IMG/VR virus record: IMGVR_UViG_3300025011_000016 | DNA from: a virus | Taxonomy: Duplodnaviria > Caudoviricetes | Direction: 5' to 3' (one strand) | Length of the DNA: 64,000 nt | In this document: one piece after another, positions 40,809 through 50,969 of the stretch | Layout: each line of letters begins with the position of its first letter | How positions within the stretch are numbered: the first letter of the stretch is position 1 | Translations under genes and position numbers: made by a program | Notes under the pieces: generated by a model | What the model was told of the DNA's origin: nothing | Database searches by the model: none | What the model saw: only the letters and a program-made list of their open reading frames with translations

Positions 40809-41864
40809 TTACGCTTCTTTTTTATAACGAAACGCGGCCATACATACAGCTTTATAATCATTATTACGAGCAAGAACTGCAGATTTCCAAGCCCCAAAAT
40901 ATTGAAGCGCGATAGTCTTTGCTTCACTAAAGGCGGACGAACGTTTTTGTGCTACAGCGACCATGTTATAATGCGCGGTACGAGTTGTATCAGCAATATC
41001 TTTTTTACCAGCATTAGTCTGATGCTCCCGTCCCATTTTATCAATTTTTGAAATTTCATCCTTAAATATTTTTTCACAATCTGCTTCAGCATCTTTTGCT
41101 TTCTTTGCTGCCGTTTCAGATTTAAGTGTATTGATAATGTCCCCAATATTGATAGGTTTCTCTTCTTTATCAGTTTCATCTTTGGCCCCATTGCGGAAAT
41201 GCCGATATAAGGCCTCAGTGTACTCATCTTTATCAAGATCATTTACACCACAATAAGTTCCTCTTAACTTGTTGAAAATTTCATCTTTAGTCTCATCAAA
41301 TTTCTCAATTTGAGATTCTATTTTCTCCCCACTGGTATAATTTAAAACAACAATGGCTGAGCTGGCAGTAGTTAAGAATGTGTTTGCCTTGTCACTACCG
41401 TCAATGTTTGTGTATTCAAACATCTTATATTTGAATCCACCAAGAGTTAAACCTCTCAGATCTTGTTCATGCTTAGTGGCAAAATCTTTGCCTGATTTAA
41501 ACATGTTGTCAAAAGCCCGAATGACTGAATTAAAAAACGCCCTGAGTTTACCAAGCATATTGGTAAAGAAAGCTTTAATACGCTCCCATACATTACCAGC
41601 CATACCCTCGGTGACGGAATTAAACTTCTCCATACGGGCATCGATTTCCAAAGCATCGGCTCCAGATTCTTGGAGGATTTTAACATCCTTCCGCATTTCC
41701 AAATCCTCCATGTCAAGCGCATGGATAGATTCAATAACTCCAAGTAGATCCTCATATCCTTCTTGTACGGCTAAAAGCTCGCCGTTGAATTCGGTATGAT
41801 AACCTTCATAAACAGGTATACTCACATCAGTATTTGTGGATGATTTTCTAGCGAAAATACTCAT
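40809..41864 (-). CDS. Internal head protein paralogue
   Basis: VTEG-MAGNVWERIKAFF; KSGKDFA..H..DL, GFKYKMFEYT; clearly related to 39696-40769. Confidence 0.65.
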   Translation of the reverse strand: MSIFARKSSTNTDVSIPVYEGYHTEFNGELLAVQEGYEDLLGVIESIHALDMEDLEMRKDVKILQESGADALEIDARMEKFNSVTEGMAGNVWERIKAFFTNMLGKLRAFFNSVIRAFDNMFKSGKDFATKHEQDLRGLTLGGFKYKMFEYTNIDGSDKANTFLTTASSAIVVLNYTSGEKIESQIEKFDETKDEIFNKLRGTYCGVNDLDKDEYTEALYRHFRNGAKDETDKEEKPINIGDIINTLKSETAAKKAKDAEADCEKIFKDEISKIDKMGREHQTNAGKKDIADTTRTAHYNMVAVAQKRSSAFSEAKTIALQYFGAWKSAVLARNNDYKAVCMAAFRYKKEA

Positions 41865-41938
41865 ATTTTTAATCCACCTTTCTACATTATTTTTTTATAT
41901 TAATGTTTAATGTTGTGATAATAAAATAGTCTACATTT

Positions 41939-42925
41939 TTACAGTAATTTGAATCCATTACCATCTGAAGATTCAGATTGGGTTGCCACATCATTAATTG
42001 TCCAACCACGATTTTCTTTATTGAGTTCATCCATAGATTTTGATTCACTTGTAGTATGATTAACTCGTATTTTATCTGATATAGATTGAAGTTGACGAAT
42101 AACTTCACTTTGCTTCTTAATAACAGCAGATTTCTTATTTGCTGGTAAAGCAGCAATACCAATACTATTCTTATTCAATTCAATAAAGGCCGCCTGTTGT
42201 TTTAAGTAATCGGACATTCTCATTCTCGAATGATAGAAATAAAAGATTAATTCTCTTATGATGGGCACTAATACTAATACGCCACCGATTATTAATGTAG
42301 GCACAATGATATCATCAATACCTATAACACTTTCTTTACCACTATTAATAACACCGTTAATGGCTTTTGAGAAATCACCCGATTTAACACAACCATTAAA
42401 CTTATCAAGATTTTGAATACATATCCAACCAGTTTGTTTAGTATTCTTAATAATAGTAAATTCAATTCTATCTGGTCGTTTAATGTAATCTACATATGAA
42501 GAGATAATAGAAGATATTGCCTCAACACATGCACAAACTAAAAGGTTATATTGGAGAATAATGAATTCTTTCTCAAGTTTAAATCCTTTTTCAAATGCAT
42601 CTCTATAAGCAGTAATATTAGATATGGATTTATCAACTATATCCAATTCGGATATAGTTATATTGGATTTAGTTGCAATATCCCTTAAAAGAGCAATACT
42701 ACTCATCATAGATTTGTAACCACTATATCTGGTGATATCACCAGCACTAATAGGGATATCTTCAAAATTAATATGGGATTTTTCTAATGCAGATTTATAT
42801 AGATTGGATATCATAGTATTATTAACTTGAGCCTGTTCGGATTCCATTAATCCATAAACTTTATTTCTATCAGCAAATGTCATAGCATTTTCAAGTAATA
42901 TAACCATCATTGGATTATTAATCAT
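41939..42925 (-). CDS. Putative virion (head) protein
   Basis: LLEN/LMES sites, hydrophobic segment; late motif and operon context. Confidence 0.55.
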   Translation of the reverse strand: MINNPMMVILLENAMTFADRNKVYGLMESEQAQVNNTMISNLYKSALEKSHINFEDIPISAGDITRYSGYKSMMSSIALLRDIATKSNITISELDIVDKSISNITAYRDAFEKGFKLEKEFIILQYNLLVCACVEAISSIISSYVDYIKRPDRIEFTIIKNTKQTGWICIQNLDKFNGCVKSGDFSKAINGVINSGKESVIGIDDIIVPTLIIGGVLVLVPIIRELIFYFYHSRMRMSDYLKQQAAFIELNKNSIGIAALPANKKSAVIKKQSEVIRQLQSISDKIRVNHTTSESKSMDELNKENRGWTINDVATQSESSDGNGFKLL

Positions 42926-42934
42926 ATTAATACA

Positions 42935-43320
42935 CCTCCATTATTTTATAACATAAATTAATTTTCTTTATTAATTGTAAAATTATATTCATACAATTCT
43001 ATTGCTCTATCGAATAACAGATTAAATGCTCCTTCCCATTCAACCCCATGCTCATCATTTGGTCTAGCAGTATGTGCTAATTCATGCGCTAAAATCTCAG
43101 GTAACGCTGAAAGTGGAATATCGGTTGATATATCAATTAACGGTGTGCTACCGTCGTCCGGAAAAGTTGTTCTTCCTGCTCCTTCTAAACCATCTATATA
43201 TTGAATATCTGCCAAAATTTCAGGAAATAATTCTTCAAACGCTTTTAATACAAAAGGTATTGGATCATTAATAATTTTTAATACCATATTATACCCTCCA
43301 TTATTTTATAACATAAATTA
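42935..43320. repeat. 26-bp direct repeat (42935-42960 and 43295-43320) flanking the HExxH gene
   Basis: CCTCCATTATTTTATAACATAAATTA present twice; it contains an upstream stop codon and RBS on the minus strand. Confidence 0.85.
42958..43287 (-). CDS. Small SprT-like HExxH zinc-binding protein
   Basis: ILAHELAH...DEHGVEW. Confidence 0.7.
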   Translation of the reverse strand: MVLKIINDPIPFVLKAFEELFPEILADIQYIDGLEGAGRTTFPDDGSTPLIDISTDIPLSALPEILAHELAHTARPNDEHGVEWEGAFNLLFDRAIELYEYNFTINKEN

Positions 43321-44634
43321 CATCTTATTCATTAGTTTAAGAATTTCTTTAGTATCTGTCTTAGCAGAATTCTCTCTTTCTAATCCATTGAAGGTTACTG
43401 ATTGATAACTCTTTTGTCCATCAAATAAGAAATGGGCTATTTGTGTGGAACTATCCACGACAACAAAACCTAATAAGAAATATGTTTCCATGATCTTATC
43501 TACAAACATTGGATTCATTAGATCAAAACCATAATGAGTTTTAATAAATTCCACTTCTTGTGCTGAAACTACAATAGTCGTATTAGGTAAGATTTTATTT
43601 GGTAGAAATAATCTGTCCTTCATCTTGGCCATAAGCTTCTTACGTTTTAATGTTATCCACCAAGGAGATGCACCTTGACTTCTACTAACAACATCATCTT
43701 TTATTTCTTTAATATTAAATAAGAAGTCTTTAAAGAATTCTGTTTCACCAGTAGTCCATTTAATAAAGTTAAAGAACTTGTTATCATTGTTACAACCATT
43801 GATAAGATTAGTTATCATTTCATCAGAATTTATCGGATGCATAGTTGTTTTAACCCCAATGATAAAATCTTGATAACCGTGGTTTAATCCGTCATTGTCT
43901 ATTACATTAACTCGAATATGCAAAGTTGTAGGGACTAACTCATTGGATTTTTTTACATCATTATCCAACAATACTTTTTCATTCATCTTAACATCATTAT
44001 CTTTTGGTTTAGCTATACTTTGGTATTTTGATGGGGTATCTTTATCCAGATTTTCAGTTATAATTTGATTATGACGAGCTGACACTTCTGGATCTTTAAA
44101 GACATATAAATTATTTCTAGGATTAAATTTACTATTGACACTTTCCATGACAACATAATCTAAAATACTCATAAGTTGTTCATTATTACATTTTAGTACT
44201 TTAGTAGTTGATCCTTCACAAGTAATGGCTAATATATGCATATTTCCAGTTTCACTAACAAAACAATTATAGTTCTCAATAATATGAGCATCAACGGCAC
44301 TATTAGTAAGATCATTTCTATCAGTTTTAATATCAAGGTTCTGGTGAAATTTCTTTAAATACCCAGCAGCATCTATATCTGAATCGAGATTAAGCATAGG
44401 ACTCATTGTAAGAACAATCTGTGTGAAAGATGAATATTCACGTTCAAGTGCTTTAGATATAGTTTGTAAAGTATCTATATCCATAGATCTAGATACCAAT
44501 ACTGGAAATTGTAAAGTCCCTTCGGCACTACGTTTTGATATAGATGAATACTTTTTACTTTTAAAGTACTCTTCAGCAGTACCAACAACATTTATTGCTT
44601 TAATTGTATCGAGGACATCTCTTAATAATCCCAT
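43318..44634 (-). CDS. Putative virion (head) structural protein
   Basis: 438 aa; late motif at 44671-44682; IIEN/VMES/ITEN sites. Confidence 0.6.
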   Translation of the reverse strand: MGLLRDVLDTIKAINVVGTAEEYFKSKKYSSISKRSAEGTLQFPVLVSRSMDIDTLQTISKALEREYSSFTQIVLTMSPMLNLDSDIDAAGYLKKFHQNLDIKTDRNDLTNSAVDAHIIENYNCFVSETGNMHILAITCEGSTTKVLKCNNEQLMSILDYVVMESVNSKFNPRNNLYVFKDPEVSARHNQIITENLDKDTPSKYQSIAKPKDNDVKMNEKVLLDNDVKKSNELVPTTLHIRVNVIDNDGLNHGYQDFIIGVKTTMHPINSDEMITNLINGCNNDNKFFNFIKWTTGETEFFKDFLFNIKEIKDDVVSRSQGASPWWITLKRKKLMAKMKDRLFLPNKILPNTTIVVSAQEVEFIKTHYGFDLMNPMFVDKIMETYFLLGFVVVDSSTQIAHFLFDGQKSYQSVTFNGLERENSAKTDTKEILKLMNKM

Positions 44635-44719
44635 TTAAGTTATCATCCCTTTCTAAACTATATTATATCTTATGGATATGTTTTGAAAACAAAAAAAATA
44701 TTCATCCAACAATATACGA

Positions 44720-44890
44720 TTATCTAGATAAGTTTTTTAAATACTTTCTATGTTTTTCGTCATATCTTTCTTGTGCGGATAGTTTGCTTAATCGTAGATT
44801 ATTATCCTCCTTTCTTTTATTGAATCCATCTCGATCCGTTATTGTACTTCCGGCACTTATTATAAATGCGATAGTTTGTAATATACTCAT
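44720..44890 (-). CDS. Small hypothetical protein
   Basis: GGAGGGG RBS before MSILQT. Confidence 0.4.
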   Translation of the reverse strand: MSILQTIAFIISAGSTITDRDGFNKRKEDNNLRLSKLSAQERYDEKHRKYLKNLSR

Positions 44891-45119
44891 AACTAAAACA
44901 TCCCCTCCAAATTTCTTTTTACGTCTTTGTAATTTAATTACAATCGACAACAACAACTTGTGAGGGAGAAGTTTTAATAATAAATATAAATACCATAATC
45001 GTAGTTGGATGAATATTATTTTGCTATTATGCATATATAATATATATACATACTTTCCATTAATTCTCCGTTAATACAACAAATATATAATAATCCTTAA
45101 AGAAGAAGGTGAAATACAT

Positions 45120-46577
45120 ATGTTACTTAGAGTAAGAATTACCCCTGCTATTGGTTTAAATGTGCGTGAAGGTCCTAGTACGTCATTCAATAAAGTATCA
45201 GCTTTATCTCAAGGGACTGAAGTGGTTGTAAATGATCAGGCGAGTGATGGGAGTAGAAAATGGTACAGACTTGATGATAATAATGGGGGTTGGTGGATTT
45301 GTGGAGATTATGTAGTAATTGTTGAAAATCTAGACCCGAATCAAGTGCCGACACAAACACCGCCAACTCCTCCAGCAACCCCACCGTCGACAACACCACC
45401 TATAGATACCGCAGTAACTCCACCTAAAGACTACGCTGCAATTCAGGCCGCTTTAATTGCAAGTGGAACTTTGCCTCCAGATAATGTATTTGGTAGTAAT
45501 CTTGATGTTACATCTATAGGTAAAAATAATGCTGAACAATTATCAGCTATAACCAATAGCTCAAATTTTCCACCTTTAGTATCAGTTAATAAAGGGGTTA
45601 ATATTTATAACTACTTCATGGATCATTCATTTATAGAGAATAATCTAAAGAAGGTAAGGAATAATCTAAATCTAATTGGAGATAAAGGGTTTAGTGATAT
45701 GAATCAAAAATTATTCACTGAATTTAATAAGTATAAAATTGCATTTCCAGATTATCATTTATCAAAGACATTTGCTTATGTATTCTTTACTCGACCTGAT
45801 CTAAATTTGATCGAATATCAGGGTGATGGTATTTATACATTATTACCTGATGTTGAAAAAGATCCTACGTATTATTACTTATCTAAAAATAATTCTAATA
45901 TATTATTATCATTAACCAGATACTTATCAGCAGATCATCCGTTCCACCCATTTTTATCTAATACGGCAACTTCTTTTGAAATAGCCGATGAGTATATAAA
46001 GACAATGGAACATGGTGAAACTTTTACTGGTTATAAAGTGATGTACGGTAAGAATAATATTGAATCAAAAACGGCTGGAACATTTAATGTTAACTTCATA
46101 GATGATCAAGAATTTTCTGTATATAAAACACATAAAGCATGGATTGATTATATATCTAAAGTTTACAGAGGGGAATTGAAAGCTAGTGATGAATACATTC
46201 ATAAAAAAATATTAGATTATGCGTGTTCAGCATACTATATACTTTGTGGTCCTGATGGTGAAAGTATATTGTTTTGGTCTAAATACTTCGGAGTGTTTCC
46301 AACGAATGCACCATCTAGCGTAACTAGTTGGACCAAAGGTAATCTGATGAAAATACCAGAGTATTCAACAACATTCGCATACGCGTTTAAAGAAGACTTC
46401 AGTCCTTTAACATTAGCTGAATTTAATATGAATAATACAGGATCATACTTATATAGAAAAGTATATGAGCCAACATTAGTGGGTACTGGGAAAACATTCA
46501 TGGGTGCACCATTTATTGAAACAAATATATCTAGAGGATCTAAGGCATATGAATTTAAACTTAAATTTAGGAATTAG
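45120..46577 (+). CDS. SH3b-tagged tail/baseplate protein
   Basis: GLNVREGPSTSF SH3b, Pro/Thr linker, tail-tube-like C-terminal region. Confidence 0.65.
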   Translation: MLLRVRITPAIGLNVREGPSTSFNKVSALSQGTEVVVNDQASDGSRKWYRLDDNNGGWWICGDYVVIVENLDPNQVPTQTPPTPPATPPSTTPPIDTAVTPPKDYAAIQAALIASGTLPPDNVFGSNLDVTSIGKNNAEQLSAITNSSNFPPLVSVNKGVNIYNYFMDHSFIENNLKKVRNNLNLIGDKGFSDMNQKLFTEFNKYKIAFPDYHLSKTFAYVFFTRPDLNLIEYQGDGIYTLLPDVEKDPTYYYLSKNNSNILLSLTRYLSADHPFHPFLSNTATSFEIADEYIKTMEHGETFTGYKVMYGKNNIESKTAGTFNVNFIDDQEFSVYKTHKAWIDYISKVYRGELKASDEYIHKKILDYACSAYYILCGPDGESILFWSKYFGVFPTNAPSSVTSWTKGNLMKIPEYSTTFAYAFKEDFSPLTLAEFNMNNTGSYLYRKVYEPTLVGTGKTFMGAPFIETNISRGSKAYEFKLKFRN

Positions 46578-46592
46578 AGGTGATTAGTAATT

Positions 46593-49500
46593 ATGACTAT
46601 ACTACAAAAAGATTACAGTAGTAATTATTCAATAAAAGAATTAGCTATAAATGACATAGCTCCTAAATATTTTGATATGGTTGATATTAATCAATTAAAT
46701 ATTGGAATGTTTGGTTATAGTACAGAAATGATATCCAATACGACTGAAGATACATTTAATGCAGTTTCAATATTCTTGAAAGAAATGTTTCCTAATAAAG
46801 CTATATTACCAGAATCAATTTATAATTATGCATCATTATTTCAATTAGATAATTTATTTGCAACGCCTGCAAGTACGTATATGATGTTATTTATCAATGA
46901 GAAAGATATAGTTAATTTGGGGATAAATAAAGGTTCTTTCTATGAGTTTATATTAGATTCCGATCTAGTAATAGACATTGAAGATAAACGATTTATGTTG
47001 GATTATAATATAGTTATAACAGCCAAACCATATAAGACAGATTATATTTTTACAGCTCAATATAAATTAGATTTTACAAATTCATTGAGTGATGAAAATG
47101 GTCCGTATATATTAAAAGCTAAAAGAATAAATTATACTGGGAATAAATATTTAGGTTTATTTGTTAAGGTTAGACAATTAAGTAAAACATCTATAAGTGA
47201 ACAAGTATTCACTAATGATAAAATTAACTTTCCTACATTCTCACTTAATTTTGTAGATCAATTAGCAAATTTTGAAATATATTATAAGTCACCAGATTCA
47301 TCTGATTTTATTCAACTGAAAAAAAGAGTTGTCAATACACCGGCTATAGATACTCCATTCTGTTATTATACCGTTAAAAATCAAAATGAAATTGTTATCA
47401 GTTTCTCAACACTCAGTAAATACTTTCAACCAAAATTTAATTCGGAATTTAAAATAGACCTGTATACAACGACTGGAAGTGCTGGTAATTTTCCTGCATA
47501 TACAGGTACTGAAGTAAATGTTATTCCTAAATCTGAAATATATACGTATAATAATGGTATTGTCATATTTGCTATACCACAGTCTGATAGTGTAGGTGGG
47601 TCTGATTATTTAGACATTGAAGAATTAAGATCGATTGTAGTTGAAAAATTCTCTACTGTTGATTCATATACTAATGAGAATGATTTACAAGTATATTTCA
47701 CTAATTTTAAATATAGATATGGTAATGAGATATTATTTATAAAAAAAAGAGATGACGCATTTGAAAGATTATTTTCATCATTTGCGTTACTGAAAGATGA
47801 GAATAATGATATTTATCACACTAACACATTACATGCAATTATTATACCAAGTGAATTCGATACCATATATATTCAAAATAAGTTACTAGTTTTAAAACCA
47901 GGACATCTTTTTAGATTCTAATATGAGTCTCGTTGCATAGTAATATGCAATTGCAACTACTTTAATTGCGGGAAACTCCTTATAGCTTAAACTGATATAA
48001 ATATAAACAAAGTTTAAGATTGGACAATCTGCAGCCAAAGATCTATTTATAGATTTAGGTTCAACGACTAGAACGTAAAGTTCGTAGGGCTCAAGTGAGT
48101 GGGTGAGAATCCCTTAAATCGAAATGGGTAGCCCCAGTATAACAACGTTATAATGGGTGAAGATATAGTCTGTGCTTTAAGGAAACTTAGAGAAATAACT
48201 TAACCGTAAGTCTTACTAATTCATTCCTAATAAAATATTATTATGGGTATAACAAATAATATAAGAAAGGAGGTGAATAAAAAAAATGATTAAGACTTTT
48301 AAAACAAGAATACGACCGACTAAAGAACAAGAAGTATATTTAAATAAATGCTTTGGATATAGACGATTTATATATAATAATACCTTAGAGTATTTTAATA
48401 AGATCCTAGAATTCAATGGTAATATTATTGATAAGGATTTAAAGAAGTTCTTCGATAAATTTGATTTTATTACTCATATATATTCTAAGAAAGAAAAAGA
48501 ACCGGGATTTGAATGGACTAAAGAATATAATAAAACTGTAAAGAATGAAGTGGCTAGTGATTTTAATATAACTGTCAACAAGTTCTTTAAAGATATTAAA
48601 AATAAGAAACGGTGTAAACTTCATTTTAAAAGAAAGATCCATGGTAATGGATCATTCCGAATATACAATAAGAATAAAGGTAACGTTAAAATTATTGACA
48701 AAAACAAATTCTCTTTTATTATTAATAGAGAATATGGTCATATGTCATTGAAAACTTTTGAAGATATAAGTTTCTTATATCAATATGAAATAAAAACAAT
48801 GACTATTAGTATGAAGAATTTTAAATATTATGTATCATTTACATATGAGTTAGATGTCCCAAAGCATACTCATACGAAAAACATAGTGGGTGTAGATCTA
48901 GGAATACTTAATCCGGTAGTTTGTTTTGATGGAAAAGATATCATAAATCCTAAATTCCCAAAGGGAATTATTAAGAAACTAGAGAAGAAAACCGATAAAC
49001 TTTCAACGATAGTTTCTAAAAAGAAGTATGATAAGTACGATCCATCGAAAAACTATATAAAAGCGAGAACCAAGCTTAATGATATTTATATTAAAATAGT
49101 GAATATCAGAATGGATTATATTCAGAAGGTTTCAACCTTCTTAGCTAAGACTTATAGAAACGTAGTAGTCGATGAGTTTAGTTTTAAAGAATTACTTACA
49201 GAATCTGATGGTATTAAGCGTATTAATAGGGGTATTCATAGAGTTGGTGCCTTTACGTTTACACAAGTGTTAAAATATAAATGCTACTTTTACGGTAGCG
49301 AATATATTTTAGCGTTACCTAATACTACTAACACATGCTCTGAATGTAACCATAAACTTAAAACTAAGTTAAAGTTATCTCAAAGAATCTTTAATTGTCC
49401 AATATGCGGGCATATAGATGACAGAGATAATAATGCGGCTATTAATATTTATAAGTCGTTTAAAGGATCTTTATTAACTAACGTAAATAAAGATTTCGCC

Positions 49501-50917
49501 GTTGGTCGGACGGTTTAAAGAACCTTAAACGGTTAAGTTATTGTGGTATCTAACGAATACTACTAACACGACAGATAAGGTAGATACCAATGCCGTTGAG
49601 TTAATTCCTATCCTGACTATTAAGGATGATATTGGTGTATTAACTGATGACTATATATTCACAAATTTATTTCTAGTTACAGTTAGTAAATCTCCAGGGA
49701 TTATTGGTTACTATATTAATTCAATTGATGATAAATTGTCTCTAGATTACGAGTATGTGAATTCAGATTCCATAGTACAATTCATATGTAATAACATCAA
49801 TATATATAGGAATGCAATTGCAGGTGAGGATGTATACAAGATTACAGTCGCATTAACTCCAACCTTAGATGACGGTGAAGTAATGGCAACTAAAGTTGCC
49901 AATATTATTACAGACTTAGGAATATTAAAGATAAAAATAATGGTGGAAGATAATGGAGTGGAGATTTGCTATTTAGATACAATAATGACAGATTTCGATG
50001 AATTAACGAATATATATACATTTGAAGCAACTTTGAGTACTACTGATTACATGACTTTCGACCAATATATGCAAGTTATGAATATTAATAATACTATCGA
50101 TGGGATTATTTTAGTCAATACTTTAATACCTATGTATAATTGTAAATTAAATGTTTATGCTTTCTATAAGTATAGTGAACTTGACGAAGAGGGAAATCTA
50201 TATAAAATACCCCATATATATGATCATATTGCTGAATTACAACCTTATACTTTAACAAATAAATATTCAACAGTAGATAAAAAAGTTAATTTCATAAGTC
50301 CTCTTAATATCTTAAGAAGTATGGTAAACTTCACATCCGCTAATAATGTTGATGGGTATGATGTTACCATCAGTGCAGTTCCATTTGTATCAGCACCTAT
50401 GATGAAAGATCCAATTAAGTATAATTCTTTTATGAAAACTATATTGATTCAGTATGAATATATGCAAAATGCATTATCTAAAGTCACTAATAATTATGGT
50501 ATAGATATGAAATTTTATAATACTTATGGGAGATCAAATAATTTTATTGCAGGTGATCTAGGGGTTCAACTAGATAATGTCAATACTAGAATATATATTA
50601 GAGTTAAACCTAGCGTTGGTTCAGATGTCGATGATTTAATTCTATCATTAAAAGTATTCATCAAGAAATTTATTGAAAGTATAAATGCTTTAGGTTCAAA
50701 TGGGATTTATATATCCAATTTAATTACTAGTGTAGAAACAAATTTTTCCACCGTTGAATATATGAGGTTTGGTAATCTTAATGATTACGATTCTTCGGTT
50801 CAAATAATAGAGAACCGAACTCCCGATATAACATCATTGTCTAAGATTGATAGACAAAATTATGTGCCTGAATATCTAACAATTAGTTTAGACGATATTA
50901 TTATTGATCTATTGTAG
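46593..50917 (+). CDS. Baseplate wedge-like protein, spliced; exons 46593-47916 and 49575-50917 (888 aa)
   Basis: T + AT joins to give ...PGHLFR-Y-KVDTNAVEL...; TTGSAGNF motif of gp6-like wedge proteins. Confidence 0.75.
47917..49574 (+). mobile_element. IStron: group I intron carrying tnpB and omegaRNA, no tnpA
   Basis: P1 AGAU/GUCU; core GCGGGAA, CAATCTGCAGCC, GTTCAACGACTAGA, AAGATATAGTC; tnpB inserted after S; terminal G of ...ACGACAG. Confidence 0.9.
48286..49518 (+). CDS. tnpB: TnpB (IStron-encoded)
   Basis: Highly similar to 12362-13594; GVDLG, Zn finger, DRDNNAAINI. Confidence 0.9.
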   Translation: MIKTFKTRIRPTKEQEVYLNKCFGYRRFIYNNTLEYFNKILEFNGNIIDKDLKKFFDKFDFITHIYSKKEKEPGFEWTKEYNKTVKNEVASDFNITVNKFFKDIKNKKRCKLHFKRKIHGNGSFRIYNKNKGNVKIIDKNKFSFIINREYGHMSLKTFEDISFLYQYEIKTMTISMKNFKYYVSFTYELDVPKHTHTKNIVGVDLGILNPVVCFDGKDIINPKFPKGIIKKLEKKTDKLSTIVSKKKYDKYDPSKNYIKARTKLNDIYIKIVNIRMDYIQKVSTFLAKTYRNVVVDEFSFKELLTESDGIKRINRGIHRVGAFTFTQVLKYKCYFYGSEYILALPNTTNTCSECNHKLKTKLKLSQRIFNCPICGHIDDRDNNAAINIYKSFKGSLLTNVNKDFAVGRTV

Positions 50918-50969
50918 AATCAAACATTATACTAATTAAACGATAACGAGTGAAAGAGGCGATAATAAA

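Noticed and set aside
48216-48642. Short minus-strand ORFs inside the IStron
   Set aside because: Antisense to tnpB or intron, low complexity, no RBS
49541-49574. TTG start of ORF 49541-50917 (MWYLTNTT...)
   Set aside because: These codons lie within the IStron 3' end; the ORF is exon 2 of the baseplate gene
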